From positions 496,001 through 560,000 of the forward strand of contig MU058290.1 in the NCBI GenBank assembly GCA_013265495.1: a stretch of DNA of 64,000 bases. Direction: 5' to 3'. The notes under the pieces are model-generated. The model searched no databases, was not told where the DNA came from, and saw only the letters and a program-made list of their open reading frames with translations. The translations under genes were made by a program, and so were the position numbers. Shown here one piece after another: positions 24,400-37,070 of this stretch. Within the stretch, counting starts at the first letter, position 1. Each line of letters starts with the position of its first letter. This DNA is from Vicugna vicugna. Lineage: Eukaryota.

Positions 24400-27340
24400 A
24401 ACCATCCTCACAGATACTAATCTAGAAGAGCTGTAGTTATACACATTCTCTAGCCAAGCTCACATAGCCAGTCATAATTCGTAATTTCCAATTTAATGAA
24501 AATATTTTCTGCTCTGGTGGAAGCACTCCTTCTGACCCAGCAGAGCTCAAAATGGTAGGGGTGGGAAGCAAAACTTTGGTGAGTGGGTTATTAGGTATAA
24601 TGGTGCGAGGATCTAGTACCACTTCTGCATCTTGATTCCAGAATCAGAGAATGAAGATCTCATCTCCCAAAAGACCCATGCAGGAGTCTTCAGTTTGCCA
24701 TTCCACCATTCTATTAGACCAGCTGTTTATGGGTGATCAAGTATATGTTAAGATCAGTAAATTCCACGGTCATAAGCCCATTGCTACATTTGTTTTACTG
24801 TTAAATTTCTTGATCAAATGCAATGTTGCGCAGAATACATGATTGTGGTAAAGTGTTTCTTAACTATATGGATGGTAGTGCAAGCTGAAGTATTATAGTT
24901 AGGGAAAAAATGCATTCCAGAATACATGTTTATTCTAGTGAAGTCAAAATTCTACTTCCTCCATGATGGGGTGGTCTCAATATAGTTGACCTGCCTCCAG
25001 GTGACTGGCTGATCCCCACAGTAAACTGTGCCATGTTAGTGGCTCAGCCTTAAAGGGGCTTCTGAATACTGATAAACAGAACTTTGTGAGGAATTCCTTG
25101 TTGTTTAAAAAAACATGATCTCTGACCTTGGTCATTTTGTACAGAAGCCCATTAAGCAAGCACTGAGGGTGGCTCAAAAAAAAAAGGTTAGCATGCACAG
25201 AACCTGTCATTTGCCTACCTGCTTTCTAAAGCTTCCTCTGTAATGGATACCCTGTGGTGAGCATTCACATAGGTCACATATATTTTCATAATCTGTGCCC
25301 ACTGTGAGAGATCTATTCCCAGAATTCTTCCCCAGGAATTCTTACCACCAGACTTCCATTCTATTTACTCTAAGCCCTGACCAACCAACTCACTAGTAAC
25401 TTTTCATGAATGAATATACATCCATGCTTCTAGCCAAACAAAGCGGACAACCGCATGCACTGCTTGCATTTCTTCCCAAAGGGAGAATTTCTCCTCATCA
25501 CTGTTTTTCATGGCCGTAATCATAGTACTAACCATAACTAATATTTAACCATAATACTTCACTAAACTGGGGCTGTACAGCTGCAGACTTTCTCTTCTAG
25601 TTGTTGCCAACATATCATACAAAACCAGCTGTATAATCGGCCCAAACTGAAAAATTTTAATCCACTGCTTATACAGAATTCTCTATGTATGTACATTGAG
25701 GGACAGGAGGCAGTTGGACAGTAGTAGCTGTTGAAGGAATTGAGTCATAAGCTAATTCAACGTTTTAATCTGCTGGACCTGCTAAGCCTGATCTTCTGTG
25801 TACCATTTCCCTTGATGATATAATGCAGTTTCTGCATCTCCATTTAATGGCTTGAAGAATGAGACAGCATCCACTTCATGACGGTGTTGAGGGAGGTCAT
25901 TAGGAAGAAGTGAATACCAGTTTGACCCCCAAAACTGGAACAAGGCAATAGGAGGCTATTTTTCCCCTCCCCTGTCCTTGGCCTGAGTTCCACTTGCCTG
26001 CCCTGTGCTGTAAGCTGTCCCAAGGACACAGCCTTGCGTGTAGTAGTGTGGTCTTGAGATCACCTGGACTTAGTGCATGTCTGAGCCCAGCTAAGGCCCC
26101 TGTGTAAACTTTTAGGATTTGGTGGGGTGGGTGCAGAAATCTATTCTTCTTACAGCCACCCAAGACAAGCCCTGGGGAGTCAGATCCTTTACTTATTAAA
26201 CCTGCAGCTACTAACCAAGAGGGGTCTGCCTCTTTCTTCTCTCCCTTCCTCCATGAGTGTAGGGGATAGTTTGATTATGCTTGGAAAGCTCTGAGGAGGT
26301 TGTGACCCAGTAGATGGGTAGCTTAGATCACACAATCACTGAGGCCCAAGTTTTGGTATTTAGTAACTACGAGAGCCCACTAGAACACTGACCATTGTAC
26401 CCTTAGGGATATAATCACACCTTTGAACAAATACTGCCTGAAAAATAGGCTAATTTGATCCAAGGGCAACTCCTAGAAAACCAGCATTAAAAAAAAATGC
26501 ACATGTATCGGGAAGTTTGGAAGACTGTGTGCATATTTAATTCCCTGTAATTCCCATTCCTTACTAAGCAATAGCCTTAATTTCACAAACTTCACAAATT
26601 AAATTATGATTCTGCAACCTACAAAATTAACTTCTGTGACTGATTTCAGCAAGATTATGTCTGTAACTACAATAAACAAGATATTATTTAAGAGCTGCCA
26701 TAGAATTTTTCTGGTTCTCAGACTGTAACTTGAAATGAACATTTAAAAATCTGAGCTTGTCCTTTCTTTCTGTAAGCATTCAGAAGAATCTACCACATGC
26801 CACATTCCCTGTATTTATCATCAGTAACAAACTGGTCAGACGCAATAGTCCCTTGCTCCAGTTGGCACTTTAGTATAATCAACATGACAGTCATGATGCC
26901 ACTGCTTGCCTGTAGTGGGATGACTAGCATCCTATTTCACATCGGCAGGGAGCTCAGCACTGAGGTCACTCTCAAAGACAAGACCGAGCTAATTTCAAAG
27001 CCATGTATTTGAGGGTCTGTTTCCTGGGACCAATTTCTTGTTATAAGTTTCTAAATTAGGAGACAAGAACTATAACCAGTTCTTTTAATACAGTAGTATC
27101 ATTTAGAGACGGTTAACTAGGTATTGAAGAACTAAAAATAATGCTCATTCTAAAACACTGAGAGATTATTAAAAAAAAAATTCAACTGAAGAAAAAAGTA
27201 CCAGCTCTGGGGCTGGAGAAATTAAGGAAAGAGTTTGTCATGATTAAAACTTAGAAGCTTAGAGAAGAACCCATGGACTTAAAACTCAGACCCATGAAAA
27301 GAGGGCAGTGGATGGTGTTAGTATTTCTGAGAAGGAGCAT
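24400..27340 (-). mobile_element. Degraded ERVL (class III) provirus: integrase/pol remnant, 5' internal part and LTR remnant
   Basis: Minus-strand translation at about 25048-24979, LSH*HGTVYCGDQPVTWRQVNYI, resembles ERVL integrase (GDQPATWWQVDYI); LTR/internal junction-like tcctgggaccaatttcttgt near 27025; outer boundaries approximate. Confidence 0.75.
25860..26300 (+). mobile_element. Probable solo LTR nested in the ERVL remnant
   Basis: GC-richer block with gccacccaagacaagcc...cttattaaacctgc (poly(A) signal) and U5-like ctgcctctttcttc. Confidence 0.5.
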
Positions 27341-27707
27341 AACTTTTCTCAGCCACTTTCTGTAAAATACCACCTCATTCTCATGATAAATTAAGGACAG
27401 AATTCATAATTTATGTAAAACACAGCATTTTACATATAACAAACAGACATACTATAAAAACTCCCAAAGGCTATCCATTATTGTTAGGATCTAATAAAAA
27501 ATGTGAATGTTTTCCAAGACCTAAGGGCCCTGCATAATGTGATCTGTGTCTGCTAGTCACATCTCATACCACCCTCCTCCTCAGGACTTCAGTTTCCCCA
27601 GGCTATGAATGAAAAAAAAAAAATTCAGATGATACAATCCTATAAACATACAGTACATTCCCAGAGCAAAGTCCTATTTATTATTTAGTATTTAGTTATT
27701 TATTTAT

Positions 27708-28030
27708 TGTAGGCAATAGTTTCTTTGAAATGACACCAAAGCACAGTTAACAAAAGAAAAAACAGATTAAATGGACTTTATGAAAACTAGAATCTCATGT
27801 GTGTCAAAGTATTCAATCAAGAAAGTAAATAAAATCTACAGAAGAGAGAAAGTATGTATAAATCATATATCCACAAGGGGTCACACAAAAACTACTGGAG
27901 CTGATACAAGACTTCGGCAGGGTAGCAGGATACAAGGGTAACATACAGAAATCAGTTGCACTTCTTTACACTAACATAGAATTAGCAGGAAAAGAAAGTA
28001 AAGAAACAATCCCTTTTAAAATCACATCCA
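27708..28030 (+). mobile_element. Two joined L1 ORF2 fragments
   Basis: gacaccaaagcaca...ggactttatgaaa, then RT-region caaaaactactggagctgata...gcaggatacaag...cagaaatcagttgcacttct. Confidence 0.8.
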
Positions 28031-28601
28031 CCAATTCCTTGATGAGAAGGGGTCAGCACTTAGCTCTAGAACTATACTTATAATTTTAAAATTTGCATTT
28101 ATAATTCTACTTAAACTAACTGCTTGGTAAACAGTATGTAGTACATTTATGGTGGTGGTTTAGTAATTCCAAATTAGTCTTTTAATCAACACTGAATTTT
28201 CATGTTAAAAGAATTATTTCAGACAGAAATCTAATTTAGATGGACTCTATCTGACAATGGCCTCCAAGATTTTGTTTCCTAGAGTAGACAGACTAGAAAT
28301 TCCTGCAATAAAAGGGTGGCTTAGATAGACTTTTTCCTATTCTGACATGTTACATATTACACATACATTCTACCTTAGTCTCAGACTTACACACCTCTGG
28401 GCTTGGGGTGGGGTGTGCACCATTTTGTTATTCAATTTTCAGGTTTAAATATCATGTAAAAGAAGTGCAGACCTAGACTCAAATAAGCCTGGCTAGGCAG
28501 TGTTCTGTAAGGGAGGCTCCTTACCTGGTTTCGTTGTTCTGTGTATCAAGATCTTGATCACAAAAGTCATGTAAAGTACACTTGGCTATCTATCAAAAAT
28601 T

Positions 28602-28790
28602 GCAGTTCTCAACTGGGGTGTGTGCACATAAGACCATAAGATCTACAGAGATTTTCTTATAAAATCAGCATGCTCGAGACCCATCCTTCATCCTCTGCAT
28701 TAAAATCTCCAGGGACAGGGTTCAGGCTTGTGTAAGTTGAAAAAAAAGGTCCCATTGATTTTGAGGTATACTCCTAGTTAAGAATCAATG
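28602..28790. mobile_element. MER5-like hAT-Charlie MITE
   Basis: About 190 bp with cagttctcaac...gttaagaatcaatg termini. Confidence 0.6.
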
Positions 28791-29764
28791 ATCTGTAGCA
28801 ACAAGTGAGGTGGGGAGGTTAATCAGGAGTTTGAAAAAGAGACAGAAAACAGATTAGCTGTGAAAGACCAGCCTATACATCAAAATAAGAAATAGAAATA
28901 CAATTTTAGATATATGTTCAATAAACTAAATGTATTATACAATACACTATTTAAAGTGGAAATCTGATATCCAATTCTAGTTCCTTCTCATGAAATAAGT
29001 GGCTATGATAATAACATATAGCAATATTCTTTTCTCTGAGCTGCATGTATTTTTTTATTTTACTATGTCTTGACTATACTAATGATTTTCTGCATATCCT
29101 ATGTTCTTTACATAGGACATTGGGTTTTTTTTTAATAGGTAATTCAGTGTTTGCATGTGCATTCACTCATAACTCATGTTAAGATAGACTTTTGTCAGTC
29201 ATGTTGCTGAAAAAGCCTGCTTTTCCTTCAACACACTGACATCTCTGCTTTGTGATTCAGTAATGTCTACATTATTGCTATACTCTATACTCTTTCTTTG
29301 TCTAATCTGATTGTAGAGTGTTTTGACTAGTTAACTCTTTATTCTACTACTCATGTTTTCAGCTACAATCTAGTAGTTGGCAATTTTCTTTTGGATGGAA
29401 AATTATCTTCCAAATTAAAACCTATACTCAGAATGAATTCCCTGTGAACAATGCATGAAATATTATAATGATGGAGGTATTTTGGTATTTACTTTTTGCT
29501 AGACTCTCTGATAAGCAGATTAATTCATTTTATCTCCTCAACAACACTATGAAGAAAGTTCTGTTAGTACTGCCACTTTAAATATGAGATAAGGGAGGCA
29601 TATTTAAAGTCATGCAGTTGGTGGAGCCAGCATTTGAATTCAAGCAGTCTGATTCTTACCACCACCACATGCTGCCTTTTAACTACAAAATTATTTGTAA
29701 TCTGCTAACAAGACAATTAAATAGAGTCTGTAGTGAATGTTTTTGAGCGTTCTGCTGATCTTAG

Positions 29765-30141
29765 TTGCAGAGGTGGTGGGTAGTCCCTTGGGAGCTCAGA
29801 ATCAGTTTGACAGCATCCTTCCTACCTCTTCCCCTGTCCATGTATCTTTCTGCTTTCTTCCCAGGGCCATTTTCTGAAGTTGCACTTACTGGTTTGGTGC
29901 ACCAGCCAACATATTTTGGAAACGTGAGTAGTCAATGTTTCCAAGTGCAACCACAGTTAGTTGAGAAATGCCTTAGCCCCATGCCATTCCAATGGGCAAT
30001 TCTCAGACATTCCAGTGGAATCAAATTCTCACTGATTATAGTAGCTTCTTATTCCTCATTCCTGCTACCTGAAACCACTTTCCAATAAACTACCTGCACC
30101 CAAGTCTTTGTTTCTTCTTTGGGGACAACCCAAAACAAGAC
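29765..30141 (+). mobile_element. LTR16-like (ERVL) solo LTR
   Basis: 3' end caataaactacctgcacccaagtc...ggggacaacccaaaacaagac matches recalled LTR16 terminus. Confidence 0.7.
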
Positions 30142-31446
30142 GCCCTCTTTTAATTGTGTTTGAGAGAAATAATTGTAAACCACCGGTGACAAAAGGATTT
30201 ACTACCTCACAGTTAAATTCACTCACTTTCACAGTAGAGAGGTATCAGTATTTCAAATTATTCAATGTCCCAACTAGAAGTTGATCTATCCAAACAATAT
30301 AAAATATTAAGGTCAGAATAGGCAGACTTTATACTTGCAGTGGGAGAAGATCAGTTGTGAGAGAGGATGTCTGAAATAAGACCATTTGAGCTTTAATAAC
30401 AGGTATGTCCTTAGGGACAGCATCTTTAGGAAAATGTATGTATGTAAGTCGAGGATCTGGAAATTGAACTATGCATGCTTGTGCACCTATTGGAAAGTCT
30501 CTGTGTATCCCCAGGGGTATGTAAGATCCTGTTTTGAAGACTATTTCTCTAGAATATTGTGCATGCATGCACGCACACACCCCCAAACCAAGACTAAACT
30601 TTATTTTGGATATAAATGGAGGAAACATAATGTATTCTGTCTCAAGAAAAGTTGAGTAGTAGATCTGTTGTAAAAGGGCTTTACCAAAATTTATAGGAGG
30701 TGACTTTCATGGGGGATCTGAGATTTTTTTTTTTTATTCTGATGAAGAACAAAAGAAGATGGAATTCACATCCATATTCATATTCAAGTAATATTTATTT
30801 TGTGCTTTCTATGTAATAGAGTTGTATTAGGAACTTTTATACCAATGATCTCATTAAACCCTCATACTAATTGTTCCCTGGGAGTGAGAATTACCATTCC
30901 AATTTTAGTTGAAATAAAGTGATCTGCCAAATTCACGTAGTTGATTAAAATGGAAGAATTGAGTTCCTATCCAGACCTTCTAATTTAAAGTTCCATATCC
31001 TTTCAAAGATATCACAGTAATACTGAAAAAGAAATCTAGCTAGAAGTTAAACAGAAATAAAAGACACTCTCCCCTAACCCATCACAAAATACACAGGTCT
31101 AATATGATGCTGACTGACATTGTCCCTAACACTAATTCCTACTGCCCACCACCCCAGGCAAAACTTACTGTTTTTTTAGTTTGTGTTCCTGTGACAACCT
31201 GTACATATATTGATTAGAACACTTAATTGTATTTTACGATAATTATTTTCTTACCCGTCTGTCTCCACCAGTAGAGTGTTATTTGAGGGAAGAGACGGCG
31301 TCTGATTTATTTTAAAAATTATTTTCATAATCTGGCGCTACGCACAGTATCTAGCACACATTCAGTTACTATTTATTGAATGAATGACTATACAAATGAG
31401 CGAAAGTAAAAGGATGGTCATTTTACCCACATCACACTACACTAGA

Positions 31447-32433
31447 TTATTCCATATTCCTCCTGGGCCTGCTGCTGAAGACTTTTAAAGAAATTTTAAA
31501 CTCTTCCAGAACTTTCCAGAGAGCATTTTTCATATCCTTATTCCTGAGACTGTAAATCAAAGGGTTGAAGAGTGGAGTCACCATTGCATAGAACAAGGTC
31601 ATCATCTTTGGCATCAGGGCAGAGTGGCTGGACCCAGGGCTCACGTGCATCACCATAATGGTCCCGTAGAAAAGCAGCACTACAGCCAAATGGGACCCAC
31701 AGGTTGAAAAGGCCTTATGTCGACTGGATGCCAAGGGCAACCGAAGCACAGCGAGTAGAACCAGAGCGTAGGAGATGAGGATGAAAAGGAAGCTAAGGAG
31801 GATGATGAGGGAGCTTAGTGTGTAGCTGGTGAGTTTGGACATGGGGGCAGGAACACATGAAAGGGTCAGCAATGGGCCTGAGTCACATACAAAGTGGTCA
31901 ATCACATTTGAGCCACAAAAAGGCAGTCTGGAGATGAGAATAACAGGCACCAGATACCAGAGAAAGCTGCACACCCAACAGGAAATCACTAGGTTGAAAC
32001 AACGCTGTCCAGTCATAACTGTGGCATAATGCAGAGGATGACAGATGGCAAAGTATCGATCAAAGGACACTGCTGAGAGAAAGAAGCACTCAGTGGAGCC
32101 CATGGAAAAGAAAAAATATAATTGAAGGAGGCAACCAGTGAAAGAGATGGCCTTGGTCTCTGAGAGGAAGTTGACCAGTGTGTTTAGAACAGTGGAGTTG
32201 ACATACCAGATCTCCAGGAAGGCAAAATTCCCCAGCAGGATGTACATGGGGGCGTGGAGATGCTGGTCCCAACACACAGCACAGATAATGGCTCCGTTTC
32301 CCACGAGTGTCAGAAGGTAGATGATGGAGAAGAACATAAACAGGATGACCTGGATCTCCCTGCTGCAGGGAAAGCCCAGAAGGATGAATTCACTCACTGA
32401 TTCAGAATGGGATCCTGATCCAGAGATGTTCAT
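31447..32433 (-). CDS. Olfactory receptor, family 11 (OR11K-like by position), open 328 aa with several motif deviations
   Basis: KAFSTCGSHL, PLFNPLIYSLRN, FLEIWY and sequon NIS are present; HAPMY, STVLNT, VSFDRY and CDSGP deviate from consensus. Confidence 0.92.
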   Translation of the reverse strand: MNISGSGSHSESVSEFILLGFPCSREIQVILFMFFSIIYLLTLVGNGAIICAVCWDQHLHAPMYILLGNFAFLEIWYVNSTVLNTLVNFLSETKAISFTGCLLQLYFFFSMGSTECFFLSAVSFDRYFAICHPLHYATVMTGQRCFNLVISCWVCSFLWYLVPVILISRLPFCGSNVIDHFVCDSGPLLTLSCVPAPMSKLTSYTLSSLIILLSFLFILISYALVLLAVLRLPLASSRHKAFSTCGSHLAVVLLFYGTIMVMHVSPGSSHSALMPKMMTLFYAMVTPLFNPLIYSLRNKDMKNALWKVLEEFKISLKVFSSRPRRNME

Positions 32434-33123
32434 TTAGTCTGTAAGCTCTGCTGCAATGAAACATTATCATTATGCAGCTAAATCCAAACAACTGAGCATA
32501 ACATACAAGGCCCTTCATGATCTGATCCTTAACTACTTATTTAATCTCATATCTTTCCTTGTGTCCTCTTGAGTCCTATATCCCAGGAAAAAAAGAATTG
32601 TTGCATTTCTGCCAAATCACATGGTGTTCTCTCTTAGATTTCTGTTGCTCCTTCATTCCTTCCTTCCTTCTTTCCTTCTCTAGCTCTTCTGGATCTCTTC
32701 CCTTCTCTTTATCCATCTTCTTACTTATTTATTTACTTACTCTTTTTTTGGCCTAGATAATTTGTATTTGCAGTTTACACTGTTCCCTAATTACCTCTTT
32801 CATGAAGTATTGCTGGACTCTACCATCATATACTAATTCTTTATTTTGCCATAGCATCTAGTGTATATGTGTGTACACTTATAATATGCCCTACTGTAAC
32901 TGGTCACTTTTCTATTTACCATTCTGAGCTTCATGAACTCAGAGGTAGTATTTTCCATTTCCATATTACAAATGCCTAGCACAGTGCAGTTCACTTCATT
33001 GGCATGCCAACATATTTTCTGAATCAACATTAAAGAAATGAATCATTATTTTCTAAGCTAAAAGGAATGAGAAGTAACATTCTAAAAGCTACAGTGTATT
33101 TCTACACTAAAGAGTTTACACTT

Positions 33124-33321
33124 GGGAGTTTGGGATTTGTGGATACCAACTACTATATATAAAATAGATAAACAGCAAGGTCCTCCTGTACAGCACTGTA
33201 TTTAGTACCCTGTAATAGCCAATAATGAAAGAATGTAAAATGGAATATATATGTACAATTGAATCATTATGTTGTACATCAGAAATGAATACACTGTAAA
33301 CCGATTATACTTAAATAAAAA
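33124..33321 (+). mobile_element. 5'-truncated L1 3' end with TSD
   Basis: gggagtttgggatt...aaaatagataaacagcaaggtcc; TSD aagagtttacactt (33110-33123) / aagaatttatactt (33322-33335). Confidence 0.9.
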
Positions 33322-33680
33322 AAGAATTTATACTTCATACTTTGTATCACTTTTTTGGCATGTCTTAATATACTAAACTGTAACCTCTGAGAATAGAGGC
33401 CAAGTGTTAGTTATCTTTGAATTTTTTTTTCAGTATCTAGTACATTATCTTTTAAGCAATATGTACATTGTAATTGCTTAATAAATGATTAAATCATTAT
33501 TTCTGCCCCCCATTTGAATTTTAAATTCAGTTAACTTTCTACCTGGAAGCCTTAATCATTTCATATATGCAAGAAAAGAACCACTTCATTGGACCTTGAA
33601 GCTGGGAGGGTGGTGGTGGGTGCAGATGAGAGCAAGGGCGTGGCAAAAAGGGGAGATGGTAGATGAATATGGTATGAGAC

Positions 33681-33792
33681 TAGAGTAACCAAATATGCCT
33701 GTCTGCCTGGGACTGTCCCAGTCTTAGCACTGAAAGTCTTGTGATTCAGGAAACCCTCAGACTCCAGGAAACAGGGACGGTCGGTCACCCTA
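33681..33792. mobile_element. MER81-like hAT-Blackjack MITE
   Basis: 112 bp; TIRs tagagtaacc / ggtcacccta; degenerate 8-bp TSD tatgagac / tgtgagat. Confidence 0.85.
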
Positions 33793-36719
33793 TGTGAGAT
33801 TCTGAAGTTGACCCAGGTACCTCAGAAATACACATGCACTGGCCCCCCTTTGAAACCTTTTCATTTTTCTCAGTTGTCCACAAAGAAAAAGGAAATGTCC
33901 TCAAATGACCTATGTGAATATTTAGAGGACACATGAAAGTACTGAGAAGACACACGGGAACATCAGCAAGGGACCGCCCGATTTGCTTTCCAAGAACGAC
34001 TTGATTTCCTGTGCCGCCAAGTGCTCTAATCATCAACTGAGGCCACACTCCAGATGCATAAGCTGTGCAGACACCCTTGGCCAAGGTCCCAGGGAGGGTA
34101 GATGTAGCCCCGATACCGTCCTTTTCACTCAAGACTAAACCACTCAGTAACACAGCATTTTTGGACCCATGTTTCCTTTGAGCAACTTTGCTTTTCTCTG
34201 TTCTTATGGTCCCCTTACGGCACTTGATTCTTTAATTCAAATTTCTCTAAAGGTACTACTGGAAGAAAAAGACTCCATGAAGTCCTTGGAAAAAGGGAAA
34301 CATAATGGAAGGAAGCAGCCAGTGAGACTACTGACTTGGCATTTAAGAAGAAGCAGGGGTTGGTATTCTGGTCTAGATTGAGTTGACGATCTTCCAAAAC
34401 ATTTAATGATCTGGTTTCCAACGAGATCAATATAATGAAGTAAACATATAGCAACCTTGGAAAAAGAAAGATCTACCAGTAGTTTAATTTGATTTCCTTA
34501 CTTAAGGTAAAGGAATACTTCACCTTTCCTGGGGAGCATTCTGGTATTGGTGTTGATCACATTATGTCTGACACTTCCTTCAGAAGAACTCCAAATTTCT
34601 CCCTGCCAGTCATTACCCTGGTTTGGCCCGGTTTTCAGTCTGTGTCTGCTTCTTTCAGCTTGCAGTGATATAGAATCTAGTTTATCAGGTAAAAGCGTTA
34701 CTGTGCCTGCTCCAGCTCTGGCTACTCACTAATTAGACAATTATATAAACGTGCAAGCAAAAGTAAAACACAAAACAGCTAATATTCTTTTAGTTTTAAA
34801 ACAAATTTGTGAAACATCCCTAAATTAATCTGCCTTTCCATATTTCTTAACGTACCTGAACTTTCTAGTGGATGGTAACTGTTTCCTGTAGCTTTTGTCT
34901 TCAGTTCTGTGTCTCTCTGAAACCTGTGCAGATACAGCTCCTAAAATGGAACCGGAGAAACAGTGCTTTTACTCGTGTTTGACATCATCTTCTATGAATT
35001 ACTAGTAGTAATTCAACTTTTATTTTCAAAGTAGAGCATACTGCAACTTACTTGGAGTTGTGGAAAAGCTAGAAAAATTAATGTTTTAGAAAACTGTTTC
35101 ATCTATACTTACTTCAGTTAATGACAAACACCACAGCTTTGCCCAGGAACCGAAGCTATTTGGATTTTGTCCCTCAGATCTTTTACCAAGAAAATCAAGA
35201 ACAACAACAAAATGAGGGTTATTTCTTGAGGGAAAAAAAGGATAGGGACAAGATGTGATTTCTGTAGACCTGGGATCTGTGCTCAGGAGGAACTGAGTCC
35301 TTTCTCTCGGCTTCAGTCTCAAAAGTGGATTCCCAGGACCCTCACTGAGAAACAAACCCCCTTTTGTACTATTAACTTTGCAGTGACTGCCAGCGCCTCG
35401 TCAGGGGAGATGTCTGGAGGGTGACGTAGATGAGACTTTGGGAGGAGTTACCAATCTTTAATTTGGAAGAAAGGATTCAAGCATCATCTACATAAAAAAT
35501 TTAATCTAAAAATGGAGTTTGGGGGAGGACTCTATTCTCTATTTTGGTCAGTAATTCCAAAGATTTGTTTCCTTGTGTATTTAAAAAGATGGCTTCTCAT
35601 CTCAGTAGTCCTTTGGGCAGGCTAGTCTCTCAGGCCAGCATCTGCCTTTACCTTCTGTGATTAGATTAGATGCCTTTGGGAGAGGAACGAGGGAAAATAA
35701 GTAGTTGTGTGAAATGAGCATGTGGCTGTGTCTCCTGAACTCAAAGCTAATTATGAATTGTCCTTTATTCTGTAAAAACTAAGCCATATAATCAATCACC
35801 AGAGAAATGTAGAGCATTTACAAAATACACTTCTTTCTTGTGAGGAAGAAAAAAGGGACAACTTAAAGAATGTGAAACCTTTGTTTCTAGTTCATAAGGT
35901 AAATCCATTATGATACTGTTTTCAGTTTTCTTATGAGGGTCTCTCCGTAGCCCCAGCTACTTAAGGATTTTTTTTTCTTCCTCTCTACTCATTATCAAGG
36001 CACCCCTTCCCTACAGTTCCCTAAAATTGTAATGAGGAGCATGCTTAGTTCTGTTTTCCACTTATCCTGAAGCTATAGCTCTTTGTGTCCCAGCTTAAGA
36101 TGAAGAGTATCTCCCTATAAGGACCCCACCTAGAGAAGACCCTAACATTCTGTCTTTGCAAAACTACTGAAACAAATCCCAAATTTGCCACAATTAGGAA
36201 TGCTCTCAGGGAAAATAAAGGTTTGGTGCTCCAGTGTATTGCTTACCTCTCTAAGTTCTGAATTACCCAAAGAATCCAACAGTGTTGTTTGCCTCTATCT
36301 TGTTAGCTTTTTGATGTTTTTTATCAATCTTTTTTTCTGATGATAGTCATTCTAAACAATTTGGTTTTCCACTCCTAGTAATTAAGGCAATCCTTGTCAC
36401 TTCTATTGCTTAATATTTTTTTTTGTCTGCCCATTACTCTTCATTTCTACTGCTTTCACATTAATCCATGCTTAAAAATGACTAATCTTGTAAAAATATC
36501 TAATCTATCCGTTTATGCCTATTTCCTTTGACAGTGCACTAGTGGAAGCTATTATTAGTCCTTTTTTTGCCCAACAAAGGGGTCCTTATCAGTTTCCAAG
36601 TAACAAACAGTCTTGCTGTTACCTGCTTTCCTTTTTCCCCTATTTGATCCTTCCAGAGTGATTGTATACAAATATTTAAAAAATAATTTCAATAACTTAA
36701 AAAAATTCTTTCAAATTCT

Positions 36720-37070
36720 TTTCACTCTTCTTAGAATAAAGTCAAAACTCCTCACCATGACCTATAAGACTCGCAGGTTCTGAATTCTACCTATTCCAAT
36801 TTATGCCATACTCCCCCTTGTCCATGGTATTTCTGTCACCACACCATCTAAAGTTGGCCCCTCTCACTTGCTCTCACGTTACCCTATTTTATTCATTCAT
36901 AACAGCTATCAAAATCTGTAATTATTTTGTGCATTGTCTATTTCTATATTAGAATATTTACTCCATGAAGGATGGTAGCTCTTCTACCCTGTTCAAAACC
37001 ACAATTACTGTAACCATCAGCACAGGGCCTAGCATATATTTGCAGTTCAATAAATATTTGTTGAATGAAA
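36720..37070 (+). mobile_element. L2 3' fragment
   Basis: ctcttagaataaagtcaaaactcctcaccatgacc...cacagggcctagcata...caataaatatttgttgaatgaa. Confidence 0.75.

Noticed and set aside
16543..27880. Two same-strand L1 fragments from the same ORF2 region flanking the OR4K block as recombination substrates
   Set aside because: They are highly diverged from each other and L1 3' fragments are abundant here, so coincidence is likely.
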